Of a DNA stretch of 64,000 nucleotides, positions 1-9,125 are shown in pieces. The translations under genes were made by a program, and so were the position numbers. Location: the NCBI GenBank assembly GCA_009861545.1, contig VXME01000110.1:22284-86283 (forward strand). Direction: 5' to 3'. How positions within the stretch are numbered: the first letter of the stretch is position 1; each line of letters opens with the position of its first letter. The notes beneath the pieces were generated by a model. It had not been told where the DNA came from, did no database searches, and saw nothing but the letters and a program-made list of their open reading frames with translations. This stretch comes from Acidobacteriota bacterium (GTDB taxonomy: Bacteria > Acidobacteriota > Vicinamibacteria > Vicinamibacterales > UBA8438).

Positions 1-564
1 CTCGATCGCAGCCGCCATTTCCGCGGCCACGACATCCGGCGCCTGTTCGGCGTCGATGCGCACCCAGTCCGGCCGGGCGGCCTGACGCAGGTAGCTCTGC
101 CGAACCCGCGTGAGCAACGCGAGGTCGCGTTCGTACTGATCGCGGCCGGTCTGCTTGCGGGCCGCGGTCGCGTCCGGCGCGGCATCGAGCAGGATGGTCA
201 GCTCCGGCTGCGGAAGAGCCCCCTGGATGGAGGCCAGCCAGTCGGGATCGAGCCCTTGCCCTTCACCGTAGGCAATCCCGGACGCGATGTACCGGTCGAA
301 CAGCACGATCAGGCCGGCGGCGTGCCAGCGCTCGATGTCCGCCTTGCGCTCGAAGCGGTTCGCGACGTACAGCAACTGCATCGCTTCCGGACCGTAGTCC
401 CGCTCGCCCTGCAGCGCCCTGGCGATCTCCTCGCCCAGGAAGCTGTCGTAGTCCGGGAAAGAGACGACCCGCGACTTGTACCCGGAGGCGCGGAGTCGAT
501 CCCGCAGGTGCTGCGCCTGTGTCGTCTTGCCGGTCTGGTCCAGCCCTTCAACCGCCACCAGCAT
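1..564 (-). CDS. tmk: thymidylate kinase (partial, C-terminus runs off window)
   Basis: Not in the ORF track because it leaves the window. Manual minus-strand translation from ATG 564-562 (GAGG upstream) gives MLVAVEGLDQTGKTTQAQHLRDRL...FDRYIASGIAYG... The P-loop GxxxxGKT and DRY motif are typical of dTMP kinase. The frame stays open to position 1. Confidence 0.8.
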   Translation of the reverse strand, partial: MLVAVEGLDQTGKTTQAQHLRDRLRASGYKSRVVSFPDYDSFLGEEIARALQGERDYGPEAMQLLYVANRFERKADIERWHAAGLIVLFDRYIASGIAYGEGQGLDPDWLASIQGALPQPELTILLDAAPDATAARKQTGRDQYERDLALLTRVRQSYLRQAARPDWVRIDAEQAPDVVAAEMAAAIE

Positions 565-609
565 CGTATTCGCCTCGCTCCCTCGGCGGCTCCGGTCCGC
601 CTTGCACGG

Positions 610-1851
610 TCACGACTCGCAGGCCAGCAGGTCTTCCACCGTCTGGCGACGGCGGATCATCCGCCAGGCGCCGCCCTCCACCAGGGCCTCGGCCGGCAGG
701 GCGCGGCGGTTGTAGTTGGATGCCATCGCCGACCCGTAGGCCCCCGCGTCGCGCACCAGGACCAGATCGCCGACCTCCGGCAGCGGCATCGACTGCCCGA
801 GCCGGATCACGTCGGTCGTCTCGCAGATCGGCCCGACCACGTCGCACGTGACATCCGGCCCGGCGCGCTCGGTCAGCCGCTCCAGACGGTGCTCGGCGCC
901 GTAGAGAGCCGGCCGCAGAAGCTCGCTCATGCCGGCATCGAGCACCACGAAGTAGCGTCCGGCGCGCCGGGGCTTCACGTCCACCACGGTTGCCACGAGC
1001 GCACCCGCCGGCCCGACGATCCAGCGGCCCGGCTCGACGAGCAGCGTCAGTCCCGTCGGCGCCACCGCCTCCACGAGCGTCCCGGCGTACTCCGCGACAT
1101 CGAGCGCCGGACTCCCATCGTACGAGATCCCGAGCCCGCCGCCGAGATCGACGTGCTCGAGCGCGACGCCCGCGTCACGCAGATCCTGCGCGAAGCGCGC
1201 CATCGTCGAGGCGGTCCTCGCCACCGCGTCCAGGGTCGTCAACTGCGATCCCACGTGCGCATGCACGCCGACGAGGACGAGTCCGGGACGGCCCGCCGCA
1301 TCGCGGCACACGGCGCCCGCGTCCTCGATCGGCACCCCGAACTTGTGCTCCGGACCGCCGGTCACGATGCCGGGATGGCTGTCGGCCTCGATGCCGGGAT
1401 TGATCCGCACGGCCACCCGCGCCCGCACGCCGCGCGCGGTCGCGATTCGATCGATGCGGTCCACCTCGCCGGCCGATTCGGCGTTGATCGCGCCGACGCC
1501 GATGCACACCGCCTCCTCGAGCTCGGCCGCGGTCTTGCCCACGCCGGTGAAGACGATGTCCCGGGGATCCACGCCGGCCCGTCGCGCCACCGCCATCTCG
1601 CCGCCCGAGTTGGCGTCCACGGCGCTGCCCGCCGAGTGCAGCAGGCGCACGATGCCGAGCGTCGAGTTCGCCTTCAGCGCGTAGTGCACGCGATGGGGAT
1701 ACGCGCCGAGCGCGGCGTCCAGCGCGCGGTAGCGGTCGACGATGAGGGCCGCGCTGTAGACGTACAGGGGCGTCCCCTCGGCAGCCGCCAGGGCCGCCGG
1801 ACTCACCCCGTCGCAGGTCACCGGGTGCGGTGAGAACGTGAATCCGGGCAT
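610..1851 (-). CDS. lysA: diaminopimelate decarboxylase
   Basis: 413-aa ORF with YALKAN (PLP lysine), GGGLGISY, EPGR and CETTD...YGSAMASNYN motifs of the Orn/DAP/Arg decarboxylase fold. Length and N-terminus are typical of LysA. Confidence 0.9.
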   Translation of the reverse strand: MPGFTFSPHPVTCDGVSPAALAAAEGTPLYVYSAALIVDRYRALDAALGAYPHRVHYALKANSTLGIVRLLHSAGSAVDANSGGEMAVARRAGVDPRDIVFTGVGKTAAELEEAVCIGVGAINAESAGEVDRIDRIATARGVRARVAVRINPGIEADSHPGIVTGGPEHKFGVPIEDAGAVCRDAAGRPGLVLVGVHAHVGSQLTTLDAVARTASTMARFAQDLRDAGVALEHVDLGGGLGISYDGSPALDVAEYAGTLVEAVAPTGLTLLVEPGRWIVGPAGALVATVVDVKPRRAGRYFVVLDAGMSELLRPALYGAEHRLERLTERAGPDVTCDVVGPICETTDVIRLGQSMPLPEVGDLVLVRDAGAYGSAMASNYNRRALPAEALVEGGAWRMIRRRQTVEDLLACES

Positions 1852-1950
1852 GGGGAATCGTGACGACGCACGGCGCGGCGCATTGTACGCGGGGCCGGCG
1901 GCCCTGTCGAACCGGGCGGTCCGGAACGGCGGCGATTTGACCCGCCACGC

Positions 1951-2607
1951 GTGCCCGCGCGAAACTTACGGCTTGTGCCCACCGATCCGCTGGCCGGGCC
2001 GGCCGACTCCACCGACACCCTCATCGAGGCCTGTCTGCGGGGAGACCAGTCGGCGTGGGACGCCATCGTCCGCCGCTACCGCCGGAAGGTGTTCAACGTC
2101 GCGTACACGTTCGTGGGTCGCCACGACGAGGCCGAGGATCTGACGCAGGACATCTTTCTGAAGGTCTTCAAGGCGCTCGGCACGTTCGACCGCCGGGCCA
2201 ACTTCACCACGTGGATCATCAGCGTCAGCCGCAACCTCTGCATCGATCACTACAGGCGCGTGCGAAAGGAACGCGAGGTCGTCGATCACCGCGTGGACGC
2301 GAGCGAGCTGACACCGGTGTCCGGAGGTCTCGACGCGTTCGCACGACTCGATCGCTTCGACCGGCGGGCGTTGCTGCGCGAGGCCCTCGCGGCGCTGCCG
2401 GAAACGCTCCGGGAAGCGGTCGCTTTGCGCGATCTGCAGGAACTGTCCTATCAGGAAATCGCCAGGCAACTCGGTCTTCCGGACGGCACGGTGAAGTCGC
2501 GAATCAACCGGGGACGCCACGAGCTGGCGCGCCAGGTGCTGCGGATCGAGAAGGCGCAGCGCGCGGACAACAGCCGGCGTGCGGGAGCAGCGGCGGCCAC
2601 CCCATGA
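1951..2607 (+). CDS. ECF (group 4) RNA polymerase sigma factor
   Basis: Region 2 (DLTQDIFLKVFKALGTFDRRANFTTWIISVSRNLCIDHYRR) and region 4 HTH (LSYQEIARQLGLPDGTVKSRINRGRHEL) are present. The start (GTG 1951) is uncertain. Confidence 0.85.
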   Translation: MPARNLRLVPTDPLAGPADSTDTLIEACLRGDQSAWDAIVRRYRRKVFNVAYTFVGRHDEAEDLTQDIFLKVFKALGTFDRRANFTTWIISVSRNLCIDHYRRVRKEREVVDHRVDASELTPVSGGLDAFARLDRFDRRALLREALAALPETLREAVALRDLQELSYQEIARQLGLPDGTVKSRINRGRHELARQVLRIEKAQRADNSRRAGAAAATP

Positions 2608-2963
2608 GCGGAGCAACGGGAATGAACTTGTCAAGCGAACGCGTCGGCAGAGCGGTTCTCGTCCGGGTGGGCGAGGCCAAACTGACGTACCAGATCCTCT
2701 CCAAGTTCGCGGACGCGGTGACGAAGCTGTTCGCGGCCGGCGAGAAACGCGTGATCATCGATCTGTCGCGGGTCGTGTACGTCGACAGCGCGACGATCGG
2801 CTGCCTGATGGACCTGTACCGCCAGGCCGACAAGCTCGGCGGCGCGATCAAGCTGGCAGGCGTGCAGAAGCGTGTCGAAACGATGCTGACCATGACGGGC
2901 GCGCACAATTTCATCGAGCTGCACGCGGACGAGGCCGGCGCCGCCAGCAGCTTTGGGGAATGA
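2604..2963 (+). CDS. STAS-domain protein (anti-sigma-factor antagonist-like)
   Basis: C-terminal part of track ORF 2055..2963. VIIDLSRVVYVDSATIGCLMDLYRQADKLGGAIKLAGVQKRVETMLTMTG is a typical SpoIIAA/RsbV-like STAS core. ATG 2604 overlaps the sigma stop (ATGA). Confidence 0.75.
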   Translation: MSGATGMNLSSERVGRAVLVRVGEAKLTYQILSKFADAVTKLFAAGEKRVIIDLSRVVYVDSATIGCLMDLYRQADKLGGAIKLAGVQKRVETMLTMTGAHNFIELHADEAGAASSFGE

Positions 2964-3268
2964 ACATGCGCACGATCAAGACGACCTCAGGCACCGAAAT
3001 CGGTCTGGACGGCGACCTGCTGGGGGTGCTCGAAACGCTGTATCGCGAACTCCATTCCCGTCACGGGCTCGACTACAGCTTCGAGGACACCATGCGCGAG
3101 ATCCGGCACCTCATCGGCCAGATGGCGGAGACGGACCGCGAGACCTACCTGCTCGAGAGCCTCTTCCTGAACTCGGTGACCTACGAGAACGAGAAGCTGG
3201 GCGCCTACGTCCGTAAGCTCACGTCGGATACGGGGCCGCCGGTCGCGCACACGGCCGACCGTCCCTGA
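2960..3268 (+). CDS. hypothetical small acidic protein, translationally coupled to the STAS gene
   Basis: C-terminal part of track ORF 2579..3268. ATG 2960 overlaps the STAS stop (ATGA). Protein-like composition (MNMRTIKTTSGTEIGLDGDLLGVLETLYRELHSRHG...). No family recognised and no TM segment. Confidence 0.5.
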   Translation: MNMRTIKTTSGTEIGLDGDLLGVLETLYRELHSRHGLDYSFEDTMREIRHLIGQMAETDRETYLLESLFLNSVTYENEKLGAYVRKLTSDTGPPVAHTADRP

Positions 3269-3311
3269 CCGACCGCGGCCGCCAGTCCGGCACTCCGAAT
3301 CGGAAGGACAG

Positions 3312-4220
3312 TCAGCGCGCCGGGACGGCGCCGGGACTGACCGCGGGGACGGGCTCCTCGGATGGCCCGGGCTGGAATTCGACGAGGCGCCACGCGTCGG
3401 TCTCTTCCAGTATCTTCCGGGCGAAACCGGCGTGGAGCGCGTGTCCGCCCCTGTGGGCGACCACGTGCCCGATGATCGGGTAACCGACGAGCGCCAGATC
3501 GCCGATCACGTCGAGAATCTTGTGGCGGACGAACTCGTCGTCGAAGCGCAGCGTGTTGTTCAGGAAGCCGGTCTCGCCGAGCACGATGGCGTTGTCGAGC
3601 GAGCCGCCGAGCGCGAGCCCCTTCTTGCGCAACTGCTCGACCTCCTTCAGGAAGCCGAACGTGCGCGCGGGCGCGATCTCCTCCTGGAACGTCTCCTCCG
3701 TCACGTGCTGGGTCCGCGACTGGTGCCGCAGCAGCGGATGATCGAAGCTGATGCTGTAGGTGACCTTGAAGTGATCGGAGGCGTAGACGGCAATCCGCTT
3801 GTTGCCGTTGGAGAGCGCGATGGGGCGGACGACCTTCAGGAATCGCCGGGCCGCCTTGAGCTTGCGCACGCCGGCCTCGTGCACGAGGTAGACGAAGGAT
3901 GCGGCGCTGCCGTCCATGATCGGCACTTCCGCCTGATCCAGCTCGACGCTCACGTTGTCGATCCCGAGACCGACCAGCGCCGCCAGCAGATGCTCCACCG
4001 TGCCGACCGACGCCGCGTCCTGCGCCAGACCGGTGGCGTAGCTGATGCCCGCTATCCGGTCCGCCACCGCGGGTACTTCCAGACCGTCGAGGTCGAGACG
4101 TTTGAAGCGGATACCGTGATCGGGTGGGGCGGGCTTGAGTCGAAGGGTCACCTTCCGCCCCGAGTGGAGCCCGATACCGGTGCACGAAACCGACCGCCTA
4201 AGAGTCCGCTGGGTCGTCAT
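3312..4220 (-). CDS. lpxC: UDP-3-O-acyl-N-acetylglucosamine deacetylase
   Basis: Motifs GIGLHSG, VEHLLAAL, PIMDGSA, HKILDVIGDLAL and AHRGGHALH are present. The track ORF extends to 4277. I placed the start at the internal ATG 4220 (MTTQRTL), which fits usual LpxC N-termini. Confidence 0.9.
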   Translation of the reverse strand: MTTQRTLRRSVSCTGIGLHSGRKVTLRLKPAPPDHGIRFKRLDLDGLEVPAVADRIAGISYATGLAQDAASVGTVEHLLAALVGLGIDNVSVELDQAEVPIMDGSAASFVYLVHEAGVRKLKAARRFLKVVRPIALSNGNKRIAVYASDHFKVTYSISFDHPLLRHQSRTQHVTEETFQEEIAPARTFGFLKEVEQLRKKGLALGGSLDNAIVLGETGFLNNTLRFDDEFVRHKILDVIGDLALVGYPIIGHVVAHRGGHALHAGFARKILEETDAWRLVEFQPGPSEEPVPAVSPGAVPAR

Positions 4221-4342
4221 TCCGAGCGACTGTGAGCCTCCCGCAACGCCTCGGTTCGGTCGTGCCTGGCCAGCCACTCGAAGCTGGCGACCCCGGCAGT
4301 GCCCGGCCGACCGATTGTCATCGGTCGACTCACAGATGGGCT

Positions 4343-4351
4343 CTTATACCA
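4343..4351 (-). promoter_or_regulatory. candidate extended -10 (TGGTATAAG) upstream of lpxC
   Basis: The minus-strand reading of 4351..4343 is TGGTATAAG, in a locally less GC-rich patch of the 280-bp uvrA-lpxC spacer. No good -35 is present. Sequence pattern only. Confidence 0.3.
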
Positions 4352-4501
4352 CACACGACCACCGCCGGCTAGCATCTTCTGGGACTATCGGGTGCCGCTG
4401 CCGTCAACTTTAGCGGAAGTCGACCACCGGATACCAGTCGCGCCCTTCCCGCCTCCCGGATCCGGTCTCCACGCTCGAAGGGAGGACGACGGGCGGCCGG
4501 A

Positions 4502-7345
4502 TCAGCGTCCGAGCAGCGGCCGGAGAAACGCGCCCGTCTCGGAACCGCCGTGCGCCGCCACTTCCTCCGGCGTGCCCTGAGCGACGATTCGCCCGCCGGC
4601 GTCGCCGCCCCCCGGGCCGAGGTCCAGAACGTGGTCGGCGGTCTTGATGACGTCGAGGTGATGCTCGATCACGACCACCGTGTTGCCCTGCCCCACGAGA
4701 AGATGAAGCACGTCGAGCAGGCGCCGCGTGTCTTCCAGGTGCAGCCCCGTCGTCGGCTCGTCCAGGATGTAGAGCGTCCGGCCGGTGCTCCGGCGCGACA
4801 GCTCCTTGGCCAGCTTCACCCGTTGCGCCTCGCCGCCGCTCAGCGTCGTGGCCGACTGCCCCAGCGTCACGTAGCCGAGGCCGACGTCCTGCAGCGAACG
4901 CAACTTCGCGGCGACCGACGGCACGTTCTCCAGAAGCGGAACGGCCTGATCCACCGTCAGCGCCAGCATGTCGGCGATGGAGATGCCGCGGTACCTGACC
5001 TCCAGGGTCTCCCGGTTGTAGCGGCGTCCCTTGCACTGCTCGCACGTCACGTAGACGTCCGGGAGAAAGTGCATCTCGATGGCGATCATTCCATCGCCCT
5101 GACAGGTCTCGCATCGCCCGCCCTTGACGTTGAACGAGAACCGTCCCGGCCGATAACCGCGGGCGCGCGACTCGGGGAGCATGGCGTAGAGCTCGCGGAT
5201 GAACGTGAACAGGCCCGTGTAGGTGGCGGGGTTGGACCGCGGCGTGCGCCCGATCGGCGACTGATCGATCTGAATCACCTTGTCGATGGACTCGATGCCG
5301 TCGACCGCCGTGTGCGGGCCGGGATCGTCGCTCGCCCGGTAGAGGGCCCGCGCCAGCGTGCGATAGAGGATGTCGTTGACCAGCGTGGACTTGCCCGACC
5401 CGCTGACCCCGGTGACGGCGGTCAGCAGTCCCAGCGGCACCCCCGCGTCGATGTTCTTCAGATTGTTCGCCCGGGCGCCGCGGATCCGCAGTTCGCCGCC
5501 GAGCGCGCGACGACGGGTCGCCGGCACCGGGATCGTCCGCTCGCCTTTCAGGTACAAGGCCGTGAGCGATTCCCCGCCCGCCGTCTCCAGGACGCCGGAC
5601 GGCCCCTGGAAGATCACGCGCCCCCCGTGCTCCCCCGCGCCCGGCCCGAGGTCCACCACGTAGTCCGCCGCGCGAATGGTCTCCTCGTCGTGCTCGACGA
5701 CCACCACCGTGTTGCCCAGATCGCGGAGGCGCTCCAGCGTCGCCAGCAGCAACTGGTTGTCGCGCTGGTGCAACCCGATCGACGGTTCGTCGAGCACATA
5801 CAGGACCCCGGTCAGGTTGGCCCCCACCTGCGTGGCGAGCCGGATACGCTGCGTCTCGCCCCCCGACAGCGTCGTCGCGCTCCGCGCCAGGGTCAGATAG
5901 CCGACGCCCACGTCGCACAGGAACCGCATCCGGTCGCGGATCTCGCGGAGGACACGCTCCGCCACCGGCGACTCCCGGTCGCTCAGCTCGAGCCCGTCGA
6001 TCATCGCCAGCGCATCCGCCACGGACACGTCGACGTAGTCCGCCATCGTGCGGCCCTTCACCCGTACCGCGCAGCTCTCGGGCCGCAGCCGCCGGCCGCC
6101 GCACGCCGGGCACGGCTGCAGGGTCCGGTAGCTCTCCAGCGCCTCCTGCTGCGACCAGGCTCCCTCGTCGTAGCGGCGCCGCAGGTTGGGAATGATGCCC
6201 TCGAAGTCCTTGCCGAACGGATCGACCCGACCGGGTCCGGCACGCCGTCCCCGGGCGGACGCGGGCGCGCGGGGAGGCGTTGCGCCACCGTTCGGGCCGA
6301 AGAGCAACAGGTCGCGGTGGCGCCGCGGCAGCTTGCCGAACGGCACGTCGAGCTCGATGCCGAAGCAGCGCGACAACCGCGACAGCGCCCGCTTCACGAG
6401 CTGGCGGTCGCCGGCTGCCCAGGCCTCGATGGCGCCACCGGACAGCGTGACCGTTTCGTCGGGCACGATCCGGGCGGGATCGAAGTCCTCCACGGCGCCG
6501 AGCCCGTGGCAGGCGGGACACGCACCGTGCGGCGAGTTGAAGGAGAAGGCGCGCGGCGTCATCTCGGGGACGCTGATTCCGCAGTCGACGCAGGCCATCC
6601 GGCGCGAGAACAGCCTGTCGCCGCCGCCCAGCGTGTTGATGATGACGACGTCGTCGGCGAGGGTCAGTGCGTACTCGATGGACTCGGTGAGGCGCCGTTC
6701 GGCGCCGCGGCGCACGACGAGTCGGTCCACCACGACTTCGATCCAGTGGTTGCGGCGCCGATCCAGGCGGGTCTCCTCCTCGACGGCGCGCACCTCCCCG
6801 TCGATCCGGACGCGCGTCAGTCCGCGTTCCCGGATGGCGGCCAGCTCCTTCCGGAACTCGCCCTTGCGGCCGCGCACGATGGGCGCGAGGACGTTGACCC
6901 GCTCGGTCGCGGGCTCGACCATGATGGTCTCGACGATGCGCTCCACCGATTGCGACGTGATCACTTGCCCGCACGACGGACAGTGCGGCACCCCGATATT
7001 GGCGAACAGCAGGCGGAGATAGTCGTAGATCTCGGTGACGGTCCCCACCGTCGACCGCGGATTCGACCCGGTGGTGCGCTGCTCGATGGAGATGGCGGGC
7101 GACAGGCCGTCGATCTGATCGACATCCGGCTTTTCGACCTGCTCCAGGAACTGGCGGGCGTAGGCGGACAGCGACTCGACGTAGCGCCGCTGCCCTTCGG
7201 CGTAGAGGGTGTCGAACGCCAGCGACGACTTGCCCGAACCGGACAGGCCGGTCACGACGACCAGCCGGTTGCGCGGAATCCGGACGTCGATGTCCTTCAG
7301 ATTGTGAACGCGGGCCCCGCGGATGTCGATCCAGTCGTGCGGCAT
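4502..7345 (-). CDS. uvrA: excinuclease ABC subunit A
   Basis: 947 aa with two ABC ATPase modules ([54 protein letters not shown]), zinc-finger Cys clusters and a canonical N-terminus ([14 protein letters not shown]). Confidence 0.95.
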   Translation of the reverse strand: MPHDWIDIRGARVHNLKDIDVRIPRNRLVVVTGLSGSGKSSLAFDTLYAEGQRRYVESLSAYARQFLEQVEKPDVDQIDGLSPAISIEQRTTGSNPRSTVGTVTEIYDYLRLLFANIGVPHCPSCGQVITSQSVERIVETIMVEPATERVNVLAPIVRGRKGEFRKELAAIRERGLTRVRIDGEVRAVEEETRLDRRRNHWIEVVVDRLVVRRGAERRLTESIEYALTLADDVVIINTLGGGDRLFSRRMACVDCGISVPEMTPRAFSFNSPHGACPACHGLGAVEDFDPARIVPDETVTLSGGAIEAWAAGDRQLVKRALSRLSRCFGIELDVPFGKLPRRHRDLLLFGPNGGATPPRAPASARGRRAGPGRVDPFGKDFEGIIPNLRRRYDEGAWSQQEALESYRTLQPCPACGGRRLRPESCAVRVKGRTMADYVDVSVADALAMIDGLELSDRESPVAERVLREIRDRMRFLCDVGVGYLTLARSATTLSGGETQRIRLATQVGANLTGVLYVLDEPSIGLHQRDNQLLLATLERLRDLGNTVVVVEHDEETIRAADYVVDLGPGAGEHGGRVIFQGPSGVLETAGGESLTALYLKGERTIPVPATRRRALGGELRIRGARANNLKNIDAGVPLGLLTAVTGVSGSGKSTLVNDILYRTLARALYRASDDPGPHTAVDGIESIDKVIQIDQSPIGRTPRSNPATYTGLFTFIRELYAMLPESRARGYRPGRFSFNVKGGRCETCQGDGMIAIEMHFLPDVYVTCEQCKGRRYNRETLEVRYRGISIADMLALTVDQAVPLLENVPSVAAKLRSLQDVGLGYVTLGQSATTLSGGEAQRVKLAKELSRRSTGRTLYILDEPTTGLHLEDTRRLLDVLHLLVGQGNTVVVIEHHLDVIKTADHVLDLGPGGGDAGGRIVAQGTPEEVAAHGGSETGAFLRPLLGR

Positions 7346-7399
7346 GGCATCGTGAGCCCCCTTCGACGGAAACCCAAACCCGTCATGCTAGCACGCCGG

Positions 7400-8428
7400 T
7401 CAGGGAAGGCCCGGTTGCCCTATCGCCACGGCGCCGGGATCGAGTCGATACGCCGTGTCTCCGGACGCCACCACGACGCCGCCCGAGGGATCGAAGGCAA
7501 CGCCGACGAGGCTCGTCGCAGCCAGCACCAGCGTGCGCGTCCCGTCGCCGTCGATCCGGTAGAGGCCGCTGGCGCCCGCGAGCGCTTCGACCACGTGGAG
7601 CACGCCCTGCGCGTCGAATGCGAGTCCCTGCGGCCGGCCGAAGCCCGACGAGACCGTCGCCACCGCGCCGGTGCGCTCGATGCGATAGACGCGATCGCAG
7701 GTCGCGAGCGTCGGGGCGGAGACGTACAGGCCGTCGTCGTGCCCCCAGGCGAGGTGAAAGGCGGCGACGCTGGGCGGAAGCGTCGCGAACGGCGTGGCCC
7801 GGCCGGTGGTCGCCACCCTGAAGACGGTACCGGACCGGTCGCCGACGTAGAGCGTACCGTCGGGACTGAAGGCCATTCCGCACGTCACGCCGAGGTCGCT
7901 CGCGAACACGTCGTACGAACCGTCCTCGGCGATGCAGTAGACGGAACCCTCGGAGCGGCTCGACACGTGCAGTCTGCCGTCCGGCGACAGGGCCATCGAG
8001 GTCGCGTTGACGATGCCGGTGACGAACGGCTCGCGGTAGCCGTCGGAGCGGACCCGGAAGATCGACACGGGCGACCGCTCTCCCCGGGGCCCGCTGTAGG
8101 TGACGAACAGGGTCCCGTCGCCGTCGATGACGGGATTGTCCACCTGGTGCACGCCGGTCGCCACCGGACGCCCCACCTCGAGGAACGCGGTCGCGCCGGA
8201 CGCCCCGCCGACCCGCACCGGGGTCCGTCCCCCGTCGAGACCCGCCGGCACGGTGACCGAGACGGAACGCGGCGAGGCGGCGACGACGCGCGCGGTCGAC
8301 GCGCCGATCCGGACCTCGGGCAGGAGAGCCTCCCCATCCCCGGATCCCAGGCCTTCCCCGCGAATGGTGATCCGTCCGCCCTCGACCGCCCACGGCGGCT
8401 GCACGGCGGTGATGCGTGGTTCGGGCAC
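7400..8428 (-). CDS. IPT/TIG domain + NHL/SGL-like beta-propeller protein
   Basis: The N-terminal ~90 aa form an Ig-like segment (ITAVQPPWAVEGGRITIRGEGL...VTVPAG). Repeated blades follow (SPDGRLHVSS, SPDGTLYVGD, FDAQGVLHVVE, FDPSGGVVVAS). GTG start. No signal peptide seen. Confidence 0.65.
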   Translation of the reverse strand: MPEPRITAVQPPWAVEGGRITIRGEGLGSGDGEALLPEVRIGASTARVVAASPRSVSVTVPAGLDGGRTPVRVGGASGATAFLEVGRPVATGVHQVDNPVIDGDGTLFVTYSGPRGERSPVSIFRVRSDGYREPFVTGIVNATSMALSPDGRLHVSSRSEGSVYCIAEDGSYDVFASDLGVTCGMAFSPDGTLYVGDRSGTVFRVATTGRATPFATLPPSVAAFHLAWGHDDGLYVSAPTLATCDRVYRIERTGAVATVSSGFGRPQGLAFDAQGVLHVVEALAGASGLYRIDGDGTRTLVLAATSLVGVAFDPSGGVVVASGDTAYRLDPGAVAIGQPGLP

Positions 8429-8479
8429 CCGTTCAGTACCCGCGGCGGAGAACGGTGGAGGCTGACGGGGCCCGATGCA

Positions 8480-9013
8480 TCACGTCCGGTCGAGCTCGAC
8501 GTTCCAGTACAGATAGTCGCGCCAGCTCGCCGGCGCTTCGCGCAGCCCGAAGGTGATGCGCACGACCGGCGACCGCGTGGGACGACAGGGCTGCCGGATG
8601 ACGCGCATCCCGGCCTGGGCCGGCGTGCGCCCGCCCTTTCGGCGGTTGCACGGGATACAGGCCGTCACGATGTTCTCCCAGTCCTTGCGCCCGCCCTGCG
8701 AGACGGGCACGACGTGATCGAAGGTCAGCTCCGCGACCGGGAACTCCCACCCGCAGTACTGGCATCGGTGCTCGTCCCTGGCGTAGATGTTGGCGCGCGA
8801 GAACGGCACGTCGTCCAGCCGCCGGCTGATCGTAATGTAGCGCAGGAGGCGAATCACGGAGGGCAGCCGAAAAGTCACCGACACCGAGTGGATCTCGCGG
8901 TCGTACTCGGAAACGACCTCCACCTTGCCCTGACACAGCAGGGTCATCGCCTTGCGCCAGTCGACCACCTTCAGCGGCTCGTACGTCGCGTTCAGCAGCA
9001 AGGTCTGCTCCAC
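8480..9013 (-). CDS. HNH endonuclease family protein
   Basis: RCQYCG...LTFDHVVPVSQGG...NIVTACIPCNRRKG is a classic HNH/CCHH core. 177 aa. Confidence 0.8.
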   Translation of the reverse strand: MEQTLLLNATYEPLKVVDWRKAMTLLCQGKVEVVSEYDREIHSVSVTFRLPSVIRLLRYITISRRLDDVPFSRANIYARDEHRCQYCGWEFPVAELTFDHVVPVSQGGRKDWENIVTACIPCNRRKGGRTPAQAGMRVIRQPCRPTRSPVVRITFGLREAPASWRDYLYWNVELDRT

Positions 9014-9125
9014 GGCCCCCCCCGGAATGCTGCGCCATTCTCGCCGACGCCCAACCCGGTGTCAACCGAACCGCCATGTAACACGTTGCGCACACGAGAG
9101 TTACCTCACCGGACGCGCAATGCCG

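Noticed and set aside
256-1833. 525-aa plus ORF at the left end
   Set aside because: It is antisense to lysA and overlaps tmk. It has no motifs and an Arg/His/Pro-rich composition.
2055-3268. Long N-terminal extensions of the STAS ORF (2055..) and the small-protein ORF (2579..)
   Set aside because: The extensions overlap the ECF sigma and STAS genes in other frames and have Arg/Gly-rich composition. Internal ATGs with ATGA stop/start overlaps give sensible domain-sized products.
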